In this document: positions 16,110 to 24,402 of the stretch, piece by piece
Layout: each line of letters starts with the position of its first letter
Position numbering within the stretch: position 1 is the first letter of the stretch
Origin: a virus
Lineage: Duplodnaviria; Caudoviricetes
Length of the DNA stretch: 28,442 bases
Virus record (IMG/VR): IMGVR_UViG_3300046778_000014
Location: 1 to 28,442 of that record
Reading direction: 5' to 3' (one strand)
Made by a program: the position numbers and the translations under genes
Notes under the pieces: model-generated
The model's input: only the letters and a program-made list of their open reading frames with translations
What the model was told of the DNA's origin: nothing
Database searches by the model: none

Positions 16110-16634
16110 TTACCTCTTCTTAAAAAATATACCTCCGTCGAACTTGCTATTACCTTTTGAGCCGTTACAGCCGCAACCCGTATTACAATAATCTTTATCC
16201 GGGTTCCAAAGTGGGTAATTATCTTTACACTTGCATAAGTATTTAATAGTTAGGTTAAGGAGCGTTTCCGCGTCGTTGCGGACTCTTCGAGACAACCAAG
16301 CTAAGTCGTCGGTAGTTAGGGCCTTGCTATTTTCGCTCTCCCTTATCGTTATACCCTTGTTTACGATTGTAGCCCAATGAAACGGTAAACCTTGGTATAC
16401 GGTAAAATGAGATAACGCGGGAGCTATCTTAAGGATTAGGGCACTATTGAGAGGAGTAAGGCTATTGTCTTTTACTTGTAGTTTTAACTCGTCTAGTAGC
16501 TCCTCCCCAAGTATAGGCTCTATATAAATAGCTTGAACGATACCGATATAGGGTACAAACTCTTTTATAACCGTATCGTCTGTAATAGGGCTATAATCTT
16601 TTAGAAGTTCCTCCGAGATAATTAATACGTCCAT
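16110..16634 (-). CDS. Putative head-tail adaptor/connector protein
   Basis: 174 aa directly after the portal; LIISEELLK...QAIYIEPILGEELL...NKGI pattern. Function inferred from synteny. Confidence 0.55.
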   Translation of the reverse strand: MDVLIISEELLKDYSPITDDTVIKEFVPYIGIVQAIYIEPILGEELLDELKLQVKDNSLTPLNSALILKIAPALSHFTVYQGLPFHWATIVNKGITIRESENSKALTTDDLAWLSRRVRNDAETLLNLTIKYLCKCKDNYPLWNPDKDYCNTGCGCNGSKGNSKFDGGIFFKKR

Positions 16635-16638
16635 TATA

Positions 16639-17805
16639 CTAAGATTTATTTACGTTAGTGTTTCCTTCGTCCTTAGTAGTTTCCGATTCGCGGATTTTAT
16701 CTACTACCGCTAACTCCTCTATAATTAAAGGGTTTAGTCCGTTTATACGAGTAAACTTGTTTAGGTGGTCTAATATCTTTCTCCGTAATTGGGATATAAC
16801 GGAATAGTTATAAAGGATATAGGCGCTTACTATCTCCCCGGCGTTTCCGCTAAGGTTCCCGCTACCACTAACCCCCGCTAATGTTGGGGAGCTTAAACGG
16901 TGTGCGCTTATAATCTTTTGGAAAATAATACCCTCTATGTTATTGTATAAGTCCGCGTTCTTAGATGCGTCGAAAGCGGTAATTTTCGGTAGTACGTTTT
17001 GGTTCTCCCCCCAAATAACGAGGATATTATTAGAGTTATCCGGGCCTCCGTAATTACTTTCTACCTCTTTTTGGAAGTTCTTTTTATCCTCCTCCGTTGG
17101 GTTACTAGGCATACAAATAATGGTAGAAGGGGTAAACCCGTTATTAATCGAGTTGTTATAAAAACGAGCTAGAGAGCCGTCCGCGGTTAGATAATGTATA
17201 GCGGAATAATAGGACGGTATAGGGTACAATCTAAGTCCCGGTTTATAGTCTGCATAGTAGTACATATACGCCGTACCCTCGGTAGCTTCTTTTTCCCCTT
17301 TCCACGCTTCGACCTTAACGGGTTTATCTTTTCCCGTTGTTTTTTTCCAATCGTAACTAACATAATACTCGTTTACGTTTCCCTCTTCGTCCGGGAGACC
17401 TATACGCACCATGCTAAAATCTTGATGAAATATAGAGAAGGTTTTAGAGTCCTTGTTTTTTATCACTTGAAAAGCGAACCCTCCAAACATTGTATAGTCT
17501 TTTGCTATTTTCTCTATAACCTCGTCCCATGTTTCGGAGTCGTTCGGGGCACTTACATAGCTCCCGGAACCGTCTAGGGTGTCTCTTACCCCTTTACCGC
17601 CAATAAAAGTAACCTTACTTTCTAGTATTGCGTTATTTACGGCACTATCCCCGTTTAGTTCTATTATCTTTTGAGGAAACAAGTTACCTTTATCGTAGTC
17701 TACCCAACCACGGTTATTTTTTTGTATCTGCGGATACTTTACTTTTTCACTCGATAGGCTTATACGAGTAACCGTAACTTTTGGTTTATCGCTTTTCTTA
17801 TCCAT
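16639..17805 (-). CDS. Portal protein
   Basis: 388 aa; WVDY..GNLFP, DYTMFGGFAFQV, YPIPSY, NSINNGFTPS, YGGPDNS, QKIISAHR. Confidence 0.85.
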   Translation of the reverse strand: MDKKSDKPKVTVTRISLSSEKVKYPQIQKNNRGWVDYDKGNLFPQKIIELNGDSAVNNAILESKVTFIGGKGVRDTLDGSGSYVSAPNDSETWDEVIEKIAKDYTMFGGFAFQVIKNKDSKTFSIFHQDFSMVRIGLPDEEGNVNEYYVSYDWKKTTGKDKPVKVEAWKGEKEATEGTAYMYYYADYKPGLRLYPIPSYYSAIHYLTADGSLARFYNNSINNGFTPSTIICMPSNPTEEDKKNFQKEVESNYGGPDNSNNILVIWGENQNVLPKITAFDASKNADLYNNIEGIIFQKIISAHRLSSPTLAGVSGSGNLSGNAGEIVSAYILYNYSVISQLRRKILDHLNKFTRINGLNPLIIEELAVVDKIRESETTKDEGNTNVNKS

Positions 17806-17822
17806 AAGGTTTAATTCGTTTA

Positions 17823-17837
17823 TATATTATAGATAAA
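17823..17837 (-). promoter_or_regulatory. Candidate late promoter, copy 2 (TTTATCTATAATATA on the minus strand)
   Basis: Consensus match oriented toward the portal gene, ending 17 nt before its ATG. Confidence 0.72.
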
Positions 17838-17846
17838 TCCCGCTAT

Positions 17847-17861
17847 ATTATCTATAATATA
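17847..17861 (+). promoter_or_regulatory. Candidate late promoter, copy 3 (ATTATCTATAATATA)
   Basis: Consensus match whose final A is the A of the ATG at 17861. Confidence 0.72.
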
Positions 17862-18601
17862 TGAAGCGGATAGAAATAAATACGGATGTTATTAACGTCC
17901 CCGAAAGTTGGGACGATATAACACTAGGTTTTTACGAAACTTGGTTTTACAAGGCTCCAAAAGACCGTAAGGAGCAAATAGAGTTAGTAGCGGAAATATG
18001 TAAAATAGACCCGGCTAAACTTTTAGATTATCCCGTAGACGTGTGTAATATTATATTAGATACGTTAAGGTTCGTATTTACCGAAACCGCTACTCCCCCT
18101 AGTCCTTTTATTGAAATAGAAGGTGTTAAATACACTATACCGATAGCCGAAACTCTTACTACGGGAGCTTGGATAGATGCGGAAGAGGTACAAAAGGAAA
18201 AAGTAAATGTTCTTTCCAATATCCTAGCTATAACTTGTTTGCAAGACGGAGAAATCTACGATACGCTTAAGACGGAGGAACGACGTAAGGTGTTCGCAGA
18301 GCTAAAAGTTAGCGAGGTATTACCCTTATTAGGTTTTTTTTTGCACTACAAGAACGCGTTAGAGAAGCGTTTAGCGATGTTTTCGAGAGTAGCGGAAGCG
18401 GCCAACCTATATGTAAACAGTATCGTGAATTTTCCAAACGTTGGGGGTGGTACAAGATTATCGCGGACTTGGCGGAAGGTGCATTTTTACGTATGGACGA
18501 AGTATTTAAAAAACCGATTACGGAAGTACTTACGTTTCTTAGGTACGAAACCGACCGAAAACAGTCAGAAAGGGCACAAAGGGAATTTGAAAAACAAATA
18601 A
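17861..18601 (+). CDS. Putative tail assembly chaperone, zero-frame product (246 aa)
   Basis: VPESWDDITLG, TLTTGAWID, then LGFFL over a T9 tract; first gene of the tail block. Confidence 0.6.
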   Translation: MKRIEINTDVINVPESWDDITLGFYETWFYKAPKDRKEQIELVAEICKIDPAKLLDYPVDVCNIILDTLRFVFTETATPPSPFIEIEGVKYTIPIAETLTTGAWIDAEEVQKEKVNVLSNILAITCLQDGEIYDTLKTEERRKVFAELKVSEVLPLLGFFLHYKNALEKRLAMFSRVAEAANLYVNSIVNFPNVGGGTRLSRTWRKVHFYVWTKYLKNRLRKYLRFLGTKPTENSQKGHKGNLKNK

Positions 18602-18612
18602 AAGCTAATTAA
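18334..18612 (+). CDS. -1 frame extension of the putative tail assembly chaperone (frameshift product, about 250 aa in total)
   Basis: -1 frame open from just after TAG at 18310-18312 to TAA at 18610-18612, abutting the next ATG: FALQERVREAFSDVF...FSKRWGWYKIIADLAEGAFLRMDEVFKKPITEVLTFLRYETDR...KQIKAN*. Confidence 0.7.
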   Translation, partial: FFFALQERVREAFSDVFESSGSGQPICKQYREFSKRWGWYKIIADLAEGAFLRMDEVFKKPITEVLTFLRYETDRKQSERAQREFEKQIKAN

Positions 18613-19152
18613 ATGGTAGTAGATGTTTTATACGAACTAGCTAAACAGCACTTAAGTATTAAGTCGTTTGTTTATGATTCCATAAATGAGATAGGGAACG
18701 GGTCGGAGCTTTACCCTTTATTTTGGTTGGAAGACCCTATACTGCTAAATAGCTCCTCCGCTAATATTATTAGGGTGGACTTTAATTTTAGTATTACGGA
18801 AGTTCCTACAAACAACTCCGGGGTAAAAGCAGTACAAGACCGTTGTTTTGCTACGGGTCTATCTATTATAGAGAAACTAAGAGGGCTTAAGGATATGACG
18901 AGTATATCCGTTGTAGACTTTAGCGCGGTTAGCCTCCGAAGGTATTACGATAACAACGCCGCCGGGTATCGTTTTTCGGTAACAGTAAACCGGGTTAATC
19001 CTCAAAACCTTTGTAAACTTAACGAAGAGTTCGACCCTAGTAAGGAGTTTCCTAAAATGGATAACTTACCAAAATTCGACACCGATAATAAAAACGGGTG
19101 TGCTATATTTTCCGACAAACCGGGGCTACCTAAATTCGACTTGAGCAAATGA
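18613..19152 (+). CDS. Putative tail terminator/completion protein
   Basis: 179 aa, YPLFWLE...NNAAGYRFSVTV; position in the tail block. Function inferred. Confidence 0.5.
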   Translation: MVVDVLYELAKQHLSIKSFVYDSINEIGNGSELYPLFWLEDPILLNSSSANIIRVDFNFSITEVPTNNSGVKAVQDRCFATGLSIIEKLRGLKDMTSISVVDFSAVSLRRYYDNNAAGYRFSVTVNRVNPQNLCKLNEEFDPSKEFPKMDNLPKFDTDNKNGCAIFSDKPGLPKFDLSK

Positions 19153-19625
19153 GAAACGAAGGACTAGAAAAGGTTATATCTAAAATAGCGGAGGAGGTCG
19201 TTACACTAGCTACCCTAATATTGGAGGACGACAGTATATCGACAAACACCAAAGTAAATAAAAACACTTTGAGGGAGAGCGCTCTACGGTATAACATAGA
19301 TACTAGTACGGGTATATTTTCGGGGGGAGACACGGTAATAAAAGCCTTGTTTAACCATTATGTAACCTTTATAGAATGGGACAGACCGCCGAAATATGGT
19401 AAGCAACCGCCTATAAGCGCCTTAAAAGATTGGGCGGAAAAGAACGGAATACCTAGCGATAATAATACGCTTTGGGCTATATCTACCGCTATATGGAGAG
19501 ACGGACATACGGGACGTCCGATATTTGCAACCTTGGAGAAAGAAGTAGATAAAATGTTTAACGAGGATTGGGCGGAAGAAATATTTAATAGTGTAGTAGA
19601 AAAACTAGATACTTATTTTAAATAG
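19149..19625 (+). CDS. Putative neck/tail completion protein
   Basis: 158 aa, GKQPPISALKDW...AISTAIWRDG..GRP pattern. Function inferred. Confidence 0.5.
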   Translation: MRNEGLEKVISKIAEEVVTLATLILEDDSISTNTKVNKNTLRESALRYNIDTSTGIFSGGDTVIKALFNHYVTFIEWDRPPKYGKQPPISALKDWAEKNGIPSDNNTLWAISTAIWRDGHTGRPIFATLEKEVDKMFNEDWAEEIFNSVVEKLDTYFK

Positions 19626-19626
19626 T

Positions 19627-21204
19627 ATGGGATACGTTTCTAAAAACATAGCCGTTATTACGGAACCTAATAAAGTTAGTTTAGCAACTAACCCGAACTT
19701 TGTTGTTTTCGAGTCTAAACCAAGGGTACGGGTTTTCCTAGAAGCTAACCTTACCGTAAATGTAGCACCGGGACAAGTTAGTATGTCCGAGATAATTATA
19801 ACCGACTCGGAAGGAGGTACGCACTCTTTTAAAGGAACTACCGACCTAACTAAAGTTAGCAGTAATATATTTTACGTGTCTCAAAATAAAGACGAAACAA
19901 CCGAAAATATAAAAAATGCTTTATTATCCGATAGGTGGATTAACTCTAACTTCGATATAAAAATACCTTTCGACTTTTACCAAAACAACGTAATAAACGG
20001 GACTTATATAAATATTAAAAGTAAAGGGACGGGAAGACCCTACAATATTACGATAGCCCTAAATACGGAAGTCTATACCCTAGCTTGGGTAAATGCGGTA
20101 TCAAAGAATAACGATAGTATTACGGGGGAGGAAGTTAGCACGGAGATAGAGCTAGACGTTTTCGAGGAAACGGGGATATTCTTAGGGAGTGAAGACCGCC
20201 CCCTAAACACCTCTATGCTTGGGACACCCTTTACCTCTATACAAAAAACTTACCAAGGTGACCCTCTTTGGTTTGAACTCAACGCGTTACTATCTAAAAA
20301 AGTAACGTATAATGTTCCCACTTCGTTAGGATGGTTTAATACGGGTACAATTTCGGACTATAGATTCATAGCTAAGATAAAGGGTAAAAACTCTTTCCTG
20401 TTCTATTATTCTAACGCTTTGTATGTACTTAACGGTTACGGGTATTCGTTAGAACCCGTAGACCTTACACCCTACATATTCAATAACAAAGGAAAAATAA
20501 AACTCCTAACAAACAAGCCCTACGGTAAATACATAAAAGGACAAAAAGAGTTTTTTAACTTCATATTTGCAGACGAAAACCGGGGAGTAAGTTTAGGTAG
20601 TGCGGAGTATAAGATAGGGGTATCTTATAAACTCTTTACATTTGGAGGAGAGTATATAACTACGGTTTACGACTACGAGGTAGCGCGGACAAGTCTAGGG
20701 ATAGTTAATACTTGCGTTATAGACCTAACGGCGGTTTTAAACGCATACCCGAACACGGGTAAGGCCGAGATAGTTTTAACTCGCAACCGTGCCGAAATTT
20801 CCGAAAGCATAGAGTTAGAAATAGTCCCGGAATGCTTACACCGTTTAAACGCTTTTATATTCTTGAATAAATTAGGGGGTTGGGATAGCTTTAACGTAGA
20901 TACGGAAACAGAAAAAGACAGTAAACAAACATCTAGCACCTACAACAAAACCCTAACGCCGGGGCGTCGTGTAGGAGATAGTCGGGAAACGGTTTACAGC
21001 GTAGAACTAGATATTACACACTCTTTAGAAACCGACCTACTCGATACCGCTACACGTACTTGGTTACAAGAACTTTTAGCCTCTTCGGTTATATTCGACG
21101 GAGACGGTAACTATATAATCTTGGAGGATTCTAAGCTACCTATCTCGTTGGGAATGGATACACTAAGTTTAAAGTATAGACTTTCGGATAAATACAATGG
21201 ATAA
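19627..21204 (+). CDS. Putative tail structural protein
   Basis: 525 aa, beta-rich, C-terminal FLNKLGGWDSF...WLQELLAS; tail block. Confidence 0.6.
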   Translation: MGYVSKNIAVITEPNKVSLATNPNFVVFESKPRVRVFLEANLTVNVAPGQVSMSEIIITDSEGGTHSFKGTTDLTKVSSNIFYVSQNKDETTENIKNALLSDRWINSNFDIKIPFDFYQNNVINGTYINIKSKGTGRPYNITIALNTEVYTLAWVNAVSKNNDSITGEEVSTEIELDVFEETGIFLGSEDRPLNTSMLGTPFTSIQKTYQGDPLWFELNALLSKKVTYNVPTSLGWFNTGTISDYRFIAKIKGKNSFLFYYSNALYVLNGYGYSLEPVDLTPYIFNNKGKIKLLTNKPYGKYIKGQKEFFNFIFADENRGVSLGSAEYKIGVSYKLFTFGGEYITTVYDYEVARTSLGIVNTCVIDLTAVLNAYPNTGKAEIVLTRNRAEISESIELEIVPECLHRLNAFIFLNKLGGWDSFNVDTETEKDSKQTSSTYNKTLTPGRRVGDSRETVYSVELDITHSLETDLLDTATRTWLQELLASSVIFDGDGNYIILEDSKLPISLGMDTLSLKYRLSDKYNG

Positions 21205-24200
21205 TATAGAATTATATATAAACGGTAATCTTTGCGACACGGGTAAGAGCTTCGGGGTTAGATTAAAACGCCAATTAATTAACCCTTCGGAATTAAATAC
21301 TAAAGATTCGCAAATGAGTTACGGGGTAACTCTCCCCCCAACCCGTACAAATGATAGAATATTTAGCTACTCCTCCGTGGAGGAAACAAAAGGAAAGTTT
21401 AACCGGGATTATTCCGCGGAACTTATAATAAATTCCTATAAGATTTTTAACGGAAAATTTAGGTTATCGGAAATAAACGGCGACGGTTATAAAGGTAATT
21501 TAGTAGTACCCGTAGCCAAAACGGTAAAGGACGTTTTCGGGGATTCCAAACTAACCGATAATTCGCCCTTAGAAATAGAGTTTAAAGACTTTACGGAGTA
21601 TATTAACTATTGGAACGATAGAGCTAAGAACGGGGACACTCCGCCTTGTATTTTTCCTTATGTACTTTACGGGTTACTACCTAAAACGTCTAGCAGTTCC
21701 GACGGTAATACTTTTACCGCTCGCGACCTTTGGGATAGCTCGGTAATTGTCGGTATGCAAGATTTACCCCCGTCTATAAACGTATTAAACGTTTTAAAGC
21801 ACATTTTCGAGAGTCGGGGCTACACTTTAACGGGTACGGCCTTCGACGACATACGCCTTAACTCTTTGTATGTTAGCTATAAGAACGAAACAGATTACGT
21901 ACAACCGTGGAACTATGGTAGGCAAGCCTTTATTAAGCTATCGGGAAATTGGAAAAATATAGATTGGGGTAAAGAAAACAGCGACCCCAACAAATTCGAA
22001 AGAAATTGCCACCAAAGTTCGTTAGACGGCTTATCTTATTATACGGGAGATTTATTTATATCAACACGTTCTAGCATAACAGTGAGAGAAGATAAGGGGG
22101 CAAACGTGTTATTAACGGAGTCTAAGGATGTTAATAACACCGTTTGGACTAATTGTCAAGTTATGATACCCGTTTCGGGTTACTATAAAATAAGACTAAA
22201 GGGAAACCTCAATATAGACGGTCGAGAAAATTGGAGAACAACCGACCCGGAGACGGGTATACAATTTGTGGGGGGAGATACTAGCGGAGACGGTCGTATA
22301 AACCGAATCCCTAACAGGCGCTATGAATTAAAGTTACTACGGGATTTTGGGGCAGGAGACTTCGGGCTATCCAACGCCCGTATAAATAGACGCTATTACT
22401 TGGATAACCTTAACCAAAATAATGTATTTGACGAAAACAACACCCCTAAATACTTTCCTAAGTTACTATACACCCAAAGCGGGAAAGAACGCGAAATATT
22501 AATTATAGACCCCGCCGAAAACCCTAATATAATAACGGGGCTATGTTGGGGAGACAGAGGAGGACAAAACGATTATAACCCTAAAGTGTTAGACTCGTAT
22601 AACAATCGTTCGGACAACCGACACGGAACAATATTAGCCGCTAAAACGGGTTTTTCTTGGGACGTAAAAGTAAATTCGGGTACACCCGCTAAGGTAGCCT
22701 TAAATAATCCGGGTTATACGAAGTGGGGCCGTTTGGGTGTGTTTGAGGACGACACCGAAAACCCCAACATAGATATAGATTATTCCGACGGGGTACAATT
22801 AGAAAACAAGGTACTCGACAATAACGGGAATGTATCCAACGCTCCCGAAGGTGTTACCTCCCTTGTATTGTATCGTTTCGGGTTAAACCGTTCGAAATCC
22901 TATAATATCTCCGTTCCCGTCGATTCGGGGTATACAGGTAAAGTCTTCCTACACAGAACTAACGAAACGGGAGCCTATGACCGGGTATTCGAATTTAACG
23001 AAAGCGGTAAAATTTCCTTTACTACCGACTCTATACTAGGTAGGGGGTATTTTCTTACGCTATACTTGCAATACCAAGGCGGGGATATTAGCTACGATGT
23101 ATCGGACGCGTTAGTAATTAACCAAGTGTTTAACCCGGAAGAGGACGTTATAGACTGGGAGGATACTAACAAATTTAGAATGAATGTAAACAACTCCCCG
23201 GAAAATTACGCCCGCTTAGGTTGGAGGAACGGCCAACAAGCCGACCCATATTGGAACGCGGAAGGCGAAGTAAACATTATCGTTTGGCTCGAACACGGAG
23301 AGCTACTAACCTTAGCGGCTTCCTCCGACGAGGGCAAATATAGACGAAACGGAACAAGGGGGCGTTATGGTTGGACTAATCAAGAAATAGATTTTGAACT
23401 AGATATATCTCCGTTCCGTATAGACGAGGATTGGATTAAAGTAAACTCGTCCGGGAACGGAACTAAAACTATGAATTGGGAAGACCCTATAAACTTCCAA
23501 ACGGACGAGATAGACCTTGTTAAGTTTTTACCTAACGATGTTCGTACGGACGAGTTTATAGATAATTTTTGTAAAGTGTTTAACCTTAAGTTATCGCAAA
23601 CGGGTACTACCGAGTTCGCTTTAGACGTTAAGCAAACTAAGAAGGCCCAACAAAATAATTTTATAGATATAGACGTTTTAGCCTCCGTAAGGGATAAAGC
23701 TAACCAACCTTTAGGTTTACCTTCCGCCTATTCGATTGGTTTTACCGTTGATACAGACGAGGAGGGATATACTAAAACCGAAGACAACGGAGGAGGCGTA
23801 TTTTATACGGGGGCTATAGAAGGGGGCGTTACCGAACAAAAAAGTAATTTCTCTTTTAATTGGTTTAAAGGTATTCGGAAACAAGAAACTAATAAAACCA
23901 TAGTAATAGAATTACCCGTAATATCGAAGGCGGAAGTATGGACTACCGAAATGACTTACCCGGAGGCTATGAGTAAACGATACACTAATTTAACACAAAG
24001 ATTTTGGTATTTTGACGGGCTACTTAACGATTTGGGCGTAACGTTTCATTTTGGAAAAAATAACGACGGGAATATTTTACAACTAGCAAAAGTAACAAAC
24101 ATATTACCCGGATTAAATGCCTTGTCCTATAAAGACGAAAATAATACTATCCTAAATAATTATTTTTCTTTGCTTACAGATGCTAACTCGCATTACACAC

Positions 24201-24355
24201 TTATAGAGTGCTACCTACGACCCGAACAATACGAGGAGATAGGGAATGGCGCTAAGGTTCGATTTAACGGAGACCTCTATTACGTGGCAGACGTAGACGG
24301 TTACGACCCTCTTAATAAAAATATGTGTACTCTCAAACTGATAAGGCTTATATAG
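21197..24355 (+). CDS. Large tail tip/baseplate-type protein
   Basis: 1052 aa; IELYING start, TLPPTRTNDRIF, EFIDNFCKVFNL, C-terminal KVRFNGDLYYV..VDGYDP...TLKLIR; upstream of the tape measure gene. Confidence 0.65.
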   Translation: MDNIELYINGNLCDTGKSFGVRLKRQLINPSELNTKDSQMSYGVTLPPTRTNDRIFSYSSVEETKGKFNRDYSAELIINSYKIFNGKFRLSEINGDGYKGNLVVPVAKTVKDVFGDSKLTDNSPLEIEFKDFTEYINYWNDRAKNGDTPPCIFPYVLYGLLPKTSSSSDGNTFTARDLWDSSVIVGMQDLPPSINVLNVLKHIFESRGYTLTGTAFDDIRLNSLYVSYKNETDYVQPWNYGRQAFIKLSGNWKNIDWGKENSDPNKFERNCHQSSLDGLSYYTGDLFISTRSSITVREDKGANVLLTESKDVNNTVWTNCQVMIPVSGYYKIRLKGNLNIDGRENWRTTDPETGIQFVGGDTSGDGRINRIPNRRYELKLLRDFGAGDFGLSNARINRRYYLDNLNQNNVFDENNTPKYFPKLLYTQSGKEREILIIDPAENPNIITGLCWGDRGGQNDYNPKVLDSYNNRSDNRHGTILAAKTGFSWDVKVNSGTPAKVALNNPGYTKWGRLGVFEDDTENPNIDIDYSDGVQLENKVLDNNGNVSNAPEGVTSLVLYRFGLNRSKSYNISVPVDSGYTGKVFLHRTNETGAYDRVFEFNESGKISFTTDSILGRGYFLTLYLQYQGGDISYDVSDALVINQVFNPEEDVIDWEDTNKFRMNVNNSPENYARLGWRNGQQADPYWNAEGEVNIIVWLEHGELLTLAASSDEGKYRRNGTRGRYGWTNQEIDFELDISPFRIDEDWIKVNSSGNGTKTMNWEDPINFQTDEIDLVKFLPNDVRTDEFIDNFCKVFNLKLSQTGTTEFALDVKQTKKAQQNNFIDIDVLASVRDKANQPLGLPSAYSIGFTVDTDEEGYTKTEDNGGGVFYTGAIEGGVTEQKSNFSFNWFKGIRKQETNKTIVIELPVISKAEVWTTEMTYPEAMSKRYTNLTQRFWYFDGLLNDLGVTFHFGKNNDGNILQLAKVTNILPGLNALSYKDENNTILNNYFSLLTDANSHYTLIECYLRPEQYEEIGNGAKVRFNGDLYYVADVDGYDPLNKNMCTLKLIRLI

Positions 24356-24372
24356 ATAGCTTTTAGCCTTCG

Positions 24373-24387
24373 ATTATCTATACTCTA
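24373..24387 (+). promoter_or_regulatory. Candidate late promoter, copy 4 (ATTATCTATACTCTA)
   Basis: Consensus match in the 47-nt gap before the tape measure gene. Confidence 0.68.
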
Positions 24388-24402
24388 TAAGAGTTTTTAG
24401 AT

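Noticed and set aside
15625-17805. Recombinase-driven invertible segment
   Set aside because: No inverted repeats matching across the two ends and no recombinase in the window; the block has its own motif copy and terminator, consistent with a fixed arrangement.
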